Part shown: piece after piece, positions 10,413 to 19,253 of the stretch
Position numbering within the stretch: the first letter of the stretch is position 1
Layout of the letters: each line of letters starts with the position of its first letter
Assembly (NCBI GenBank): GCA_964354155.1
Contig: CAYGYG010000001.1
Coordinates: 11,121-75,120 of the forward strand
DNA length: 64,000 nt
Source: an uncultured bacterium
Lineage (GTDB): Bacteria > Hydrothermota > Tepidihabitantia > SM23-42 > CAYGYG01
Direction of reading: 5' to 3'
Translations under genes and position numbers: made by a program
The notes under the pieces: model-generated
Databases searched by the model: none
What the model saw: only the letters and a program-made list of their open reading frames with translations
Told to the model about the DNA's origin: nothing

Positions 10413-11794
10413 TGCTTAAGAAGATTCTAATCGCCAACCGGGGCGAGATTGCCGTCCGGATAATCCGTGCCGCCAAGGAGCTGGGGGTAAGAACCGTTGC
10501 CGTCTATTCGGAAGCCGACGCCGATTCTCTCCATACTCGATTTGCCGACGAAAGTGTCTGTATCGGACCGCCCCAAGCTCGGGAAAGTTACCTGAATATT
10601 CCGCGCATCATCAGCGCCGCGGAAGTGACCGGCGCCGAGGCGATCCATCCGGGATACGGCTTCTTGGCCGAAAATGCCGAGTTCGCCGAAATTTGTGAAT
10701 CGTGCAAGATCGTCTTCATCGGCCCCAAGCCGAGCCAGATCAAGGCCATGGGCGACAAGGTCCGCGCCAAGCAAACAATGGAAAAGGCCCGGGTTCCGGT
10801 CATCCCCGGTTCTAAAGGCGAGATCAACTCGCTCGAGGACGCCCAGAAGATCGCGGAGGAATTCACCCTGCCGGTCATCCTGAAAGCCGCGGCCGGCGGC
10901 GGCGGCAAGGGGATGCGGGTTGTCAACAGCCCCGATGAACTCGAAAGCGGCTTCCGCCTTGCCCAGGCCGAAGCCCGGGCGGCCTTCAATGACGGACGCC
11001 TCTACATCGAGAAATACATCGTCCGACCGCGTCATATCGAAGTCCAGATAATCGGCGACAACTACGGCAATATCGTCTCCTTGGGGGAGCGCGAGTGCTC
11101 GATTCAACGGCGGCACCAGAAACTGATCGAGGAAACCCCGTCCCCGGTCGTGGATGATGCGTTGCGCGAAAAGCTGGGCAAAGCGGCGGTGGCCGGTGCC
11201 CGCGAGATCGGCTACAGTTCAGCCGGCACCGTCGAATTCCTCATGGATGAGGAGCGTAACTTCTACTTCATGGAGATGAACGCCCGAGTGCAAGTTGAGC
11301 ATCCGGTGACCGAAATGGTTAGCGGCATCGATATCGTCAAGGAACAGATCAGGATCGCAAGCGGCGAGCCGCTGAGCTTCGGCCAGAAGGACGTGCGGCT
11401 GGCCGGACATGCCATCGAGTGCCGTATCAACGCTGAAGACCCGGAGCGGGACTTCGTGCCAACACCGGGCAAGATCAGTTTCCTGCATCTGCCGGGCGGT
11501 CCGGGGATCCGGGTCGACACCCACGTCTATGCCGGCTATCGCATACCGTCATACTATGATTCGATCATCGCCAAAGTGATTGGTTATGACAAGACGCGTC
11601 TTGATACTATCAGGCGCATGAAGCGGGCGCTGGATGAGATCTACATCGAGGGCATCAAGACGACGGTCAGTTTCCACCTCATGGTGATGCAGAATCAGGA
11701 CTTCATCGAAGGGCGGTTTTCGACGGCGTTCGTGGATGACCTGCTTAAGAAGAATGCGGCCGCCAGGGACGCCGGCACTAAGGAGGCCAAGTGA
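10412..11794 (+). CDS. accC: Acetyl-CoA carboxylase biotin carboxylase subunit
   Basis: MLKKILIANRGEIAVRIIRA N-terminus, ATP-grasp motifs and a ~460 aa length. The ATG overlaps the pilT stop (TAATG). Confidence 0.95.
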   Translation: MLKKILIANRGEIAVRIIRAAKELGVRTVAVYSEADADSLHTRFADESVCIGPPQARESYLNIPRIISAAEVTGAEAIHPGYGFLAENAEFAEICESCKIVFIGPKPSQIKAMGDKVRAKQTMEKARVPVIPGSKGEINSLEDAQKIAEEFTLPVILKAAAGGGGKGMRVVNSPDELESGFRLAQAEARAAFNDGRLYIEKYIVRPRHIEVQIIGDNYGNIVSLGERECSIQRRHQKLIEETPSPVVDDALREKLGKAAVAGAREIGYSSAGTVEFLMDEERNFYFMEMNARVQVEHPVTEMVSGIDIVKEQIRIASGEPLSFGQKDVRLAGHAIECRINAEDPERDFVPTPGKISFLHLPGGPGIRVDTHVYAGYRIPSYYDSIIAKVIGYDKTRLDTIRRMKRALDEIYIEGIKTTVSFHLMVMQNQDFIEGRFSTAFVDDLLKKNAAARDAGTKEAK

Positions 11795-11934
11795 TACGCA
11801 ACAAGTTTGTCTACGCCGGGTTGGGCCTTCTCTTGGGTCTTCTCTTCGCGATTTTCGGCTTCTGGCGCACCCTGCTGGTGATTGTGCTCGGTGTGGCCGG
11901 CTTCGTTGTCGGTACGTACATGGAACGGCAGTGA
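11791..11934 (+). CDS. Small hydrophobic membrane protein (47 aa, DUF2273-like), missed by the ORF track because it has a GTG start and is under 60 aa
   Basis: AAGGAGG Shine-Dalgarno at 11780-11786, 4 nt before the GTG. Translation is VIRNKFVYAGLGLLLGLLFAIFGFWRTLLVIVLGVAGFVVGTYMERQ. The start overlaps the accC stop and the stop overlaps the thiE GTG (GTGA). Confidence 0.5.
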   Translation: MIRNKFVYAGLGLLLGLLFAIFGFWRTLLVIVLGVAGFVVGTYMERQ

Positions 11935-12953
11935 AGAATGCCTATCGCATCATTGATGTCAACCTAAACCGGCTTTTTGAGGGGCTCAAAACCGTTGAAG
12001 ATGTTGTTCGTTTCCATCTCGAAGACGATTCAGTTCTGAGACGAATCCGCCGGATTCACTTCCTGGCCGGACAGGCCGCGCGAACAATTCCTTATGCCAG
12101 CTTGATCGCTCATCGCATGAGCGGTCAAGACCTGGGCCGGGAGTCGCGCTTCGACCGGCAACCGCGTGCCGGTCTGACTGACTTGCTCCGGGCCAATTTC
12201 AACCGTATTAAGGAAGCGGCCCGGATTCTCGAAGAGATGGCCAAGCTGCAGAAACTCCCTTTTGCCCGGTTCAAGGAACTTCGTTTCAAAGCCTATGACC
12301 TTGAGCAGCATGTCGTGCGGTCCGTGACGAAGCTATTTGATCCGCGATTCTATGTTATCCTTGACGAAGCGTACTTGCCGGGATTGAAACTGGCACCGCT
12401 GGTCAAGACTATGGGCGAGGCCGGCGTTGGGCTGGTTCAGCTTCGAATGAAACAGGCTTTGACCGCCGAATTCTACCGCGCAGCCAAGAGATTGCGCCCG
12501 CTGACCGCCGCCGCCGGAATCAAACTAGTGATAAATGACCGGCTTGATATCACACTGGCGGTTGGAGCGGACGGCGTGCACATCGGACAGAATGATTTGC
12601 CCTTGGCCCGCGTACGAGCGCTGGCTGAACACTTGATCGTCGGGCAGTCAGTCGACAACGCAAGCCAGGCGCGCCGGGCGGAGCGCGAAGGCGCAGACTA
12701 TGTTGCGGTCGGCAGCATATTTCCCACGGCCACCAAGCATGATGCGCCAGTGGTTGGATTGAAGACTCTGAAGCGTGTAGCCGGTGCGGTCGGCGTGCCG
12801 GTTGTGGCGATTGGGGGGATAACCTTATCGAATGTACGGCAGGTTTTCCGGCACGGCGCGTCGGGCATCGCCGTGTGCTCGGCGGTGCTGGAGGGGGATG
12901 TGGAAGCGAACTTCAAGCAGTTGGGGAGTCTGGTCCGCCGGCACGCCCGGTAG
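11931..12953 (+). CDS. thiE: Thiamine-phosphate synthase (ThiE) with a ~130-aa N-terminal extension of unknown function
   Basis: The C-terminal ~210 aa carry ThiE motifs (FYVILDEAYL, VQLRMK, VGQSVDNASQA, ADYVAVGSIFPT, VVAIGGI). The start is reassigned to the GTG at 11931, which overlaps the upstream small-ORF stop. The ORF-track start at 11736 would overlap accC. Confidence 0.8.
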   Translation: MKNAYRIIDVNLNRLFEGLKTVEDVVRFHLEDDSVLRRIRRIHFLAGQAARTIPYASLIAHRMSGQDLGRESRFDRQPRAGLTDLLRANFNRIKEAARILEEMAKLQKLPFARFKELRFKAYDLEQHVVRSVTKLFDPRFYVILDEAYLPGLKLAPLVKTMGEAGVGLVQLRMKQALTAEFYRAAKRLRPLTAAAGIKLVINDRLDITLAVGADGVHIGQNDLPLARVRALAEHLIVGQSVDNASQARRAEREGADYVAVGSIFPTATKHDAPVVGLKTLKRVAGAVGVPVVAIGGITLSNVRQVFRHGASGIAVCSAVLEGDVEANFKQLGSLVRRHAR

Positions 12954-13057
12954 TCCGGCTCCCCCCGCGAGTCTACAGGTATTGTCAGATCAAGGTCGAA
13001 CCGGGTTGTAATGATGCGGGCAAGACCTTGTTACCCGAAGTATCCCTCAAAAGGATG

Positions 13058-13129
13058 TGGCCCCAACGGGAATCGAACCCGTGTCTCCACCTTGAAAGAG
13101 TGATGTCCTAGCCGTTAGACGATGGGGCC
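13058..13129 (-). tRNA. tRNA-Glu (anticodon UUC)
   Basis: The reverse complement folds as a cloverleaf: acceptor GGCCCCA/TGGGGCC, D-arm GTCT..GGAC, anticodon loop CTTTCAA (TTC) and T-arm ACGGG-TTCGATT-CCCGT. The 3' CCA is not encoded. Confidence 0.85.
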
Positions 13130-13644
13130 TTGTGACTGAGGATATAGAGCCGGCGGAATTCCTCGTTGTCGACAATCGCCCGGTTGATCAGGAAGTAGTT
13201 CTCCATGTTCTTGTTGCTGGTGATGATCCGTTCCGAGAGGATCTCGCTGATGGCCAAGAGCAGCTTGGCCGCGATCTCGTGATTGCTCTCATAGATGCTG
13301 ATCAGATCCTGTTTTTTCATCACCAGAAACTCGCAGCCGGTTTTGGTACGTACCGTTGCCGACCGCGTCTTCTCGGTCAAGAGGGCCATCTCGCCAAAAA
13401 ACGACGGTTCCTTGAGTTCGGCCAGAACGATAGTAATCTCACCCCGGGTCAGGAAGACCTCAACGGTGCCCGACTCGATGAGAAATAACTCATCGCCCTG
13501 GGCGCCTTCCTTAAAAAGGATCGTGTCCTTGTCAATCGAGCGTTTCTTGAATCTCGCGAGGACGTACCTCAGTTCATCCTTCGACAGATACTTGAATAGG
13601 GCAATCTTCTTATCGAAGATGTCGTCGGTCATGTTCTTTTTCAT
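13108..13644 (-). CDS. Cyclic-nucleotide-binding (cNMP) domain protein
   Basis: Crp-type cNMP-binding motifs (FKEGAQGDELFLIESGTVEV...FGEMALL...RSATVRT). Its last ~7 codons overlap the 5' end of tRNA-Glu. Confidence 0.75.
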   Translation of the reverse strand: MKKNMTDDIFDKKIALFKYLSKDELRYVLARFKKRSIDKDTILFKEGAQGDELFLIESGTVEVFLTRGEITIVLAELKEPSFFGEMALLTEKTRSATVRTKTGCEFLVMKKQDLISIYESNHEIAAKLLLAISEILSERIITSNKNMENYFLINRAIVDNEEFRRLYILSHKAPSSNG

Positions 13645-13703
13645 GTCGGTTACCCCCTTAATACTAACCAGAAACGACTTCGTGTCAAGGCCAATATCCC
13701 GCT

Positions 13704-15425
13704 CTATTCAAAGAAAGCGTCGCGGTGGTCGACGATCTTGGGGTCGCCGAACAGGTACTGGTAGACGGTCCGGACTTTGGTTTCCTGGTCTTGATATATG
13801 GCCGCCACCTTAGTTGAGTCAAAGGGCATCCGGTCAAGCGCATCACAGCGAATGATGTAGGCGCCCCAGTCGGTAACGATGTGCTTGGTCTGTTGCGGAA
13901 CCAGCGAGCACAGGGCGCCCACCAGTTCCGGCGGATAATCGGTTTTCAATTTGGCGTAGTCGGCGGCCCGGATTGTCTCAATCATGAACCTCGTATCACT
14001 CTGGGCCAGGGCCTCAAGCGAAGGGATCTTGGCCAGCGAGGCCTCGATGTATACCGCGGCCCTGACCGGTTCTTGCCGGCGGCGGTACTCGGCATAGACG
14101 CGCTCCTTGATGGCTTCGAAATCAGGTATCTGTTTCGGGATGATGCTGTCGAGGACGAAAACGAAATAGCCGCCGGCCCCGGTCTGGACTGCACCAACCG
14201 CACCGGGTTTGGCCTTGAACCCGAAGTCAAGCAGTTGACCCGGATTGTCAAGTCCCGGCAGGTACCGCTGGTCTTTGGCCAGCGGGCCGGTCGAGCGCAC
14301 GGTAAGATTATTGTTCCGGGCGGCTTCATCGAAACTCAGATCCTGGGCGGTCTGGATAAAGGCATCGATCCGGTCCTTGATCGCGGCGATGGTGGACGGC
14401 GAAACTTCGATCCTCACCTCGATTTTGAGGAACTCGCTTCGGTTGGTACGTTTCAAAATCGTATAGCCGCGCGGGGTCCGAATCGGTTCGGAAACCTGGT
14501 TGTCTTTGAGCTTTTTGAAAACGCCGAGCAACTCGATTGGCACATCCTGCTCGGTCTTGATCTTGACTGAGAGGTCACTATTGTCGGCGTAGTCCTGGGC
14601 AATCTCGGTGAATTCCCGCCCTTCTTTCACGAGGGAGGCAATCTCATCAATCTGAATCTGGGCATTGGCCGTATCCTCGCTGGTCGCTTCTTTCGAGAAA
14701 TGGGCAAACTTGAAACTGCGTTGTTCAACCGAGGCGAAATCGGCAAGATGATCTTGGTAATAATCGGCAAGGATCTGGTCGCTGACCTCGATTTGATCGC
14801 GGATGCGGTCGTAGGGCAGGTACAGAAAAGTCGCCGACATAATCCGGGTCAACATGTCGAAACGGAGACTTTCTTCCTGGGGGCTGATCCAGCCGGTCGT
14901 CATCAATTCCATACGTACTTTCTCCCGGGGCAGCATGTTACGGATTTCCATCTCGTACTTGAGCAGCCAACTGAAGTTTTGGGGATTCTGGAGCAGCATC
15001 TGGTATTTCTTGAAATCGAAAGCCCCGGTACTGTCTTTGAGCTCGGGAGTATCGAGCAGCTCGCGCGGGGGCTGGCTGCGGATGATCGTCCATACTTCTT
15101 CGTCGGTCACCGAAACCTCTTCCCGGGCGATGATATCGCGCCAGAGTTTTTCCTCGACGATCGCCTGCCAGACCTTCGCCTTGATCTCGTCTTCACCCAT
15201 GCCGCGATACTGCTCGCGCTGCGTATAGGCCTCATTCATAAGACGACGGTACTCGGTGTAGGAAACGGGTATGTCATTGATGCGGGCGATGATACCTTTG
15301 TCAAGGTCCCGCCGCTTGATGCTGACCGTCGCGTTCATGCCCCATTCGAAGAAGATCAGGGCGGCGAAGGCGAAGATGACAATGAACAAGACAAAACGGC
15401 TCAGTTTTCTGAATTGGGTCATCAT
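13704..15425 (-). CDS. Membrane-anchored periplasmic chaperone / peptidyl-prolyl isomerase, PpiD/SurA-like
   Basis: N-terminal TM anchor (FVLFIVIFAFAALIFF). A ~570-aa SurA-N-like chaperone region, typical of PpiD in length and architecture. Confidence 0.65.
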   Translation of the reverse strand: MMTQFRKLSRFVLFIVIFAFAALIFFEWGMNATVSIKRRDLDKGIIARINDIPVSYTEYRRLMNEAYTQREQYRGMGEDEIKAKVWQAIVEEKLWRDIIAREEVSVTDEEVWTIIRSQPPRELLDTPELKDSTGAFDFKKYQMLLQNPQNFSWLLKYEMEIRNMLPREKVRMELMTTGWISPQEESLRFDMLTRIMSATFLYLPYDRIRDQIEVSDQILADYYQDHLADFASVEQRSFKFAHFSKEATSEDTANAQIQIDEIASLVKEGREFTEIAQDYADNSDLSVKIKTEQDVPIELLGVFKKLKDNQVSEPIRTPRGYTILKRTNRSEFLKIEVRIEVSPSTIAAIKDRIDAFIQTAQDLSFDEAARNNNLTVRSTGPLAKDQRYLPGLDNPGQLLDFGFKAKPGAVGAVQTGAGGYFVFVLDSIIPKQIPDFEAIKERVYAEYRRRQEPVRAAVYIEASLAKIPSLEALAQSDTRFMIETIRAADYAKLKTDYPPELVGALCSLVPQQTKHIVTDWGAYIIRCDALDRMPFDSTKVAAIYQDQETKVRTVYQYLFGDPKIVDHRDAFFE

Positions 15426-15445
15426 AACTTATCGCTCCTTGATGT

Positions 15446-16711
15446 TTAGTTCTTGGACAGAGCGGCGCGCAGTCCAAGGCCGGACGGGTTAAGATAGGCT
15501 TTAAAACCGTCACCGTGATTCTTCCTGATCTCGCTCAGGACCTCTTGCGCATCGCTGACCGGTGAGAATGATAAACTTTTCAAAATCGCGTGATTAAGTG
15601 ATGAAAGGACATAGACCTTATAATCTTTGAGAATACGCGCGGTCACAAAGGCACGGTGACCGCCGACTTCGATGTTTTCTTCGGGGAAACGGAGCAGGTC
15701 GTCAGGCCGGTGCCGGCTTAAGTAGTCGGCGAACTGGCGGTTACCGACGCCGCGCGCCGCCTCGGCAAACAGCACGATCGAACCGCCCGGCTTGACAAAC
15801 CCACGGGCTAAGTTCAGGATCTTGTGGGCTCCGAATAGGTCCTGGTCGTCGCCGCCGGCTGAGGTCAGCACGCAATCAGCCTTTTCCCGGACCGGAAACG
15901 CGAATCGCTTCCGGTAGTACCCGGCACCGGATTGAAAGACCGCGGCCGGGGAACCGGCTTTGAGCCAGATCGTCTTGCGGCTCGCCTCGATCACATTGAG
16001 CGAGTAGTCGACGCCGACCAAGTCGGCGGCCTGGGTTATCTCGGCACTGACGACATTATTTTCGAGGCGCCCGATTTCGACCCCGGGACGGAGCAGCTTG
16101 GCATGATTCGCCCTTATTGTATCGTAGCCCGCGACTCCAGGTAAAATGGACTTAGGCCCGCCGGAAAACCCGGCCAGGTAGTGATAACTTATCCGGCCCG
16201 TGCTGATCCTGACGTCGGCACCGGCCACTCTTTCGTTGACGAAGACTTCAAGGCCGGTCGAGATCTTGCCCACGGACCGGAGATTCTGTCGGCAGTCGTG
16301 AAAGGTGAATCGGAACTTGTCGATCAGCGCGCCATACAATTCCCTTTGTTCTTCGGCGGTATGCAACCGGTGGGTCCCCAGCGCAATGATAAACTCGATT
16401 CTCTTCTCATCAACTCCGGATTCAACTATCTCGCCGGCTAGGATGTCGAGGATCTTTTCATAATTATTGATATTACGAGAGATATCAGATACGATGATCA
16501 CAACATAGCCGTGCCGTTTCACCTTGAGTAGTTGGCGCAATGGTGCGGCGCCGACCGGAGCGAGCAGGGCCTGCTGGGTCAGTTCCTGTACGGACCCGGC
16601 GATGCCAATCGCTTCTGCGGACTTCGGGTCGTCGAGGACGCCCAAGACATTCCGGTCAGGTACTTCGACCACAACCTTGCCCGAACCATATGAAAAATCA
16701 AAGGCAGTCAT
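15446..16711 (-). CDS. LarA-family (DUF2088) protein, putative nickel-pincer-cofactor-dependent racemase/epimerase
   Basis: ~420 aa. Motifs ALGTHR and FSGGPKS resemble the LarA His108 and Lys184 regions. No larBCE genes were seen in the window. Confidence 0.55.
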   Translation of the reverse strand: MTAFDFSYGSGKVVVEVPDRNVLGVLDDPKSAEAIGIAGSVQELTQQALLAPVGAAPLRQLLKVKRHGYVVIIVSDISRNINNYEKILDILAGEIVESGVDEKRIEFIIALGTHRLHTAEEQRELYGALIDKFRFTFHDCRQNLRSVGKISTGLEVFVNERVAGADVRISTGRISYHYLAGFSGGPKSILPGVAGYDTIRANHAKLLRPGVEIGRLENNVVSAEITQAADLVGVDYSLNVIEASRKTIWLKAGSPAAVFQSGAGYYRKRFAFPVREKADCVLTSAGGDDQDLFGAHKILNLARGFVKPGGSIVLFAEAARGVGNRQFADYLSRHRPDDLLRFPEENIEVGGHRAFVTARILKDYKVYVLSSLNHAILKSLSFSPVSDAQEVLSEIRKNHGDGFKAYLNPSGLGLRAALSKN

Positions 16712-16716
16712 GACAG

Positions 16717-16745
16717 ATGATACGCGAAAAACGAGGTTTTGTCAA
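16717..16745 (-). promoter_or_regulatory. Sigma-70-like promoter (TTGACA-17-TATCAT) giving a leaderless mRNA for the LarA-like gene
   Basis: Minus strand reads TTGACAaaacctcgtttttcgcgTATCATctgtcATG. The -10 ends 5 nt before the ATG at 16711. Confidence 0.5.
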
Positions 16746-16772
16746 GGATGCCGGGGTCAGGGAGATGCCGGG

Positions 16773-17174
16773 TCAGCTGCCGAAGAAGAATGTGATTTCT
16801 CGTTCTGGGTTTTCGTCGGGATTGGAGGCATGGACGCAGTTCTGGGTAATGCTTGTCCCGAATTGACGGCGGATTGTGTCCGGTGCCGCCTTCGTGGGAT
16901 CGGTGGCACCGATCAGCTCCCTTATCTTCTGGACGCAGTTGGCCCCTTCAATCAGGCAGGCGACAATCGGCCCGGACGTGATGAATTCAACAAGCTCTTG
17001 GAAGAAGTCTTTGCCGCGATGGATCGCGTAGAACGTTTCCGCGGCCGGCCGGTCAAGCTTGAGCATTTTTAGGCCGACGATGGTTAAGCCGGCCGATTCG
17101 ATTCGGTCGACTATCTTGCCGGTCAGCTTGCGCCGGACCGCGTCGGGCTTGATAAAGAGCAGAGTTTTCTCCAT
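16773..17174 (-). CDS. ndk: Nucleoside diphosphate kinase
   Basis: MEKTLLFIKPDAV...NCVHASN... classic NDK sequence with the active-site His. 133 aa. Confidence 0.9.
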   Translation of the reverse strand: MEKTLLFIKPDAVRRKLTGKIVDRIESAGLTIVGLKMLKLDRPAAETFYAIHRGKDFFQELVEFITSGPIVACLIEGANCVQKIRELIGATDPTKAAPDTIRRQFGTSITQNCVHASNPDENPEREITFFFGS

Positions 17175-17179
17175 GGTGC

Positions 17180-18820
17180 TCAGACCTTGACGATCTCCTT
17201 CTCGAAAATGTAACGCTTGATCTTCTTGGTCGTTGTCTTGGGAAACTCCTCATCGCGGATCCGGAACGACTTCACACGTTTATATTCCGCAATACTATCA
17301 CACTGCTTATGAATCTCCTCCCGAATCAATTTCTCGATGTCGGCTTCCTCGAAAACGCGCCGTTCCCGGCCGGCCAATTCATCAATCTTCTCATAATCCG
17401 GGTGGACGATGGCGTAGACTTCTTCTCTTTTAGTCTCGGGGTCGATACGCGGCAAGACAACTGTCTCCTTGATAAAAGGGCTGGCCAGAAGAGTGGTTTC
17501 GACCTCCTCGGGATAGACATTCTTGCCGCCTGAGGTCACGATCAGGCTCTTCTTCCGGCCGGCAATATGGAGATAACCCTCCTTGTCGATCCAGCCCAAA
17601 TCGCCGGTATAGAGCCAGCCGTCCCGCAGCACGGCATTGGTCGCATGCTCATTGCGGTAGTAACCGAGCATGATGTTCGGACCGGATGCGACAATTTCGC
17701 CAATCCCCTGTTCGTCCGGTTCGTTGATGGCGATTTTGACGCCGGGCAGCGGTCGGCCGACCGACTTGTTTCGAAAGCGCTCGGGGGGATTGACCGCGAG
17801 GACCGGCGCCGATTCGGTCAGCCCATATCCCTGCAGGATCGGTACGCCCAACGTCTCAAAGAATGATGAGACCCGTAGCGGCAGGGCGGCGCCGCCCGAG
17901 ATGACGTAACGGATGCGGCTCATGCCGAGCTGTTCCCGGACGCTTCTGAACAGAAGGCCCGAAGCCGGACGGAAGGCACTCGAGATACTGTAGAAAATGC
18001 TGAAAAACGCTCTTTTGAAAACCGGGGAAGCCTTGATGTTGCGCACGACGCCCTCGTGGAATTTCTCGAAAAGCAGTGGTACGCCGAGCAGGGCGGTAAC
18101 ACCGGTTTCGCGCATCGTCCCGATGATGTCCTTTGATTTCAGGCTCGGCGAGTAGGTGATGGTAGCGTTGTTGTAGAGGGGCACCAGGAATCCGCAGGTT
18201 GCTTCAAACGTGTGGTGCAGCGGGAGGATCGAGAGGAAATTGTCGTGGTGGTCAAAATCGATGAACTGGAAAACGGCGTCGACATTGCTGATTATGTTAC
18301 GGTGGCTGAGCATTACGCCCTTCGATGAACCGGTCGTTCCGGAAGTGTAGATCAGCACCGCCATGTCATCCAGCGCCGGTTCGGCGGCAAGTTGCCGCGC
18401 CGCCGGTTTCTTGGTCTTAAGAACAGCGTCAAGGTTTTCCATGGATATGATGAACTTGAGATGGGGCAGATCGCGTCTTATCTCGCTGAGCATGTCGGCA
18501 AAGCTTCCGGCGGCAATAATCGTCTTGACTTCGGCATCGTTGAGAATGTGTTTGATCTCGGCTTCTTTAAGGGCGGGGTCAAGCGGCACAGCAACAAAGC
18601 CGCCCTTGTGAATCGCCAGATAGGCAACCGCCCATTCCGGGCGGTTTTCCCCGATCACGGCAATGCGGTCCGACGACCGGCAACCGAGTTCGTGAAGTTC
18701 GGAAGCGAGGACATCGGTCTTCAGGTCAAGCTCTCGATAGCTCGTTTCCGAATATCCACTGGAGCGGCGGGCGCGGAGCGCAACCTTGTCGGGCATGCGC
18801 GCGGCGCTCTGACTCAGCAT
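17180..18820 (-). CDS. Long-chain fatty-acid-CoA ligase (AMP-dependent synthetase)
   Basis: AMP-binding motif LIYTSGTTGSSKGVMLSHRN. The start is reassigned to the ATG at 18820 (MLSQSAARMPDKVAL). The ORF-track TTG at 18967 would overlap the upstream EIIA gene by 98 nt. Confidence 0.8.
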   Translation of the reverse strand: MLSQSAARMPDKVALRARRSSGYSETSYRELDLKTDVLASELHELGCRSSDRIAVIGENRPEWAVAYLAIHKGGFVAVPLDPALKEAEIKHILNDAEVKTIIAAGSFADMLSEIRRDLPHLKFIISMENLDAVLKTKKPAARQLAAEPALDDMAVLIYTSGTTGSSKGVMLSHRNIISNVDAVFQFIDFDHHDNFLSILPLHHTFEATCGFLVPLYNNATITYSPSLKSKDIIGTMRETGVTALLGVPLLFEKFHEGVVRNIKASPVFKRAFFSIFYSISSAFRPASGLLFRSVREQLGMSRIRYVISGGAALPLRVSSFFETLGVPILQGYGLTESAPVLAVNPPERFRNKSVGRPLPGVKIAINEPDEQGIGEIVASGPNIMLGYYRNEHATNAVLRDGWLYTGDLGWIDKEGYLHIAGRKKSLIVTSGGKNVYPEEVETTLLASPFIKETVVLPRIDPETKREEVYAIVHPDYEKIDELAGRERRVFEEADIEKLIREEIHKQCDSIAEYKRVKSFRIRDEEFPKTTTKKIKRYIFEKEIVKV

Positions 18821-18869
18821 TTCGCCAATGGTAACGAGAGGTCGGCCTTGAGGCAGTTTACGCGTGATG

Positions 18870-19253
18870 CTAACCCCCGACTCGCCTGATACTGTCTTTG
18901 CCCTTGTTGACCAGAAACTCAGCCAATTGGTCCCGCGGATACCGTTCGCGATTAATATAGAACTCAAGCAACATGAGCAGGTTCACGCCGCAGATGACCG
19001 GGACCTTCTTGCGCTCGCGGATGATCGCCATACAGGAGATCGCGCAGCTGCCGCCGGGAACGTCGACGAAGAGAATGCTTTCATCGGGATTGAACTGATC
19101 GAGGGCGGCGTTTATTGCGGCGAGCAGCTTTTCGCTGGACAGGCCCTTGTTGGATATGCCGACGATGCCTTCCGCGGGGCCGACAATGGAACTCAATGTT
19201 TCGATGAGGGCTTGGGGCAGTGCAGCATGGCCTATAACAATTGCATTAGTCAC
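18870..19253 (-). CDS. PTS EIIA component, mannose/fructose class (regulatory EIIA-like protein)
   Basis: ~127 aa with an N-terminal IVIGHAAL (phosphorylatable His near position 9) and a VDVPGGS region resembling EIIA-Man. It lies in the hpf-hprK-rapZ cluster. Confidence 0.55.
   Translation of the reverse strand: MTNAIVIGHAALPQALIETLSSIVGPAEGIVGISNKGLSSEKLLAAINAALDQFNPDESILFVDVPGGSCAISCMAIIRERKKVPVICGVNLLMLLEFYINRERYPRDQLAEFLVNKGKDSIRRVGG

Noticed and set aside
11736-11930. Extended N-terminus of thiE (ORF-track start 11736)
   Set aside because: It would overlap accC by 59 nt and the GTG small ORF entirely. The translated extension (MTCLRRMRPPGTPALRR...) is Arg/Pro-rich with no homology character. 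The GTG at 11931 gives a clean stop-start coupling.
18821-18967. Extended N-terminus of the acyl-CoA ligase from a TTG at 18967
   Set aside because: It would overlap the EIIA gene by ~100 nt. The conserved acyl-CoA ligase N-terminal region begins at the internal Met (18820).
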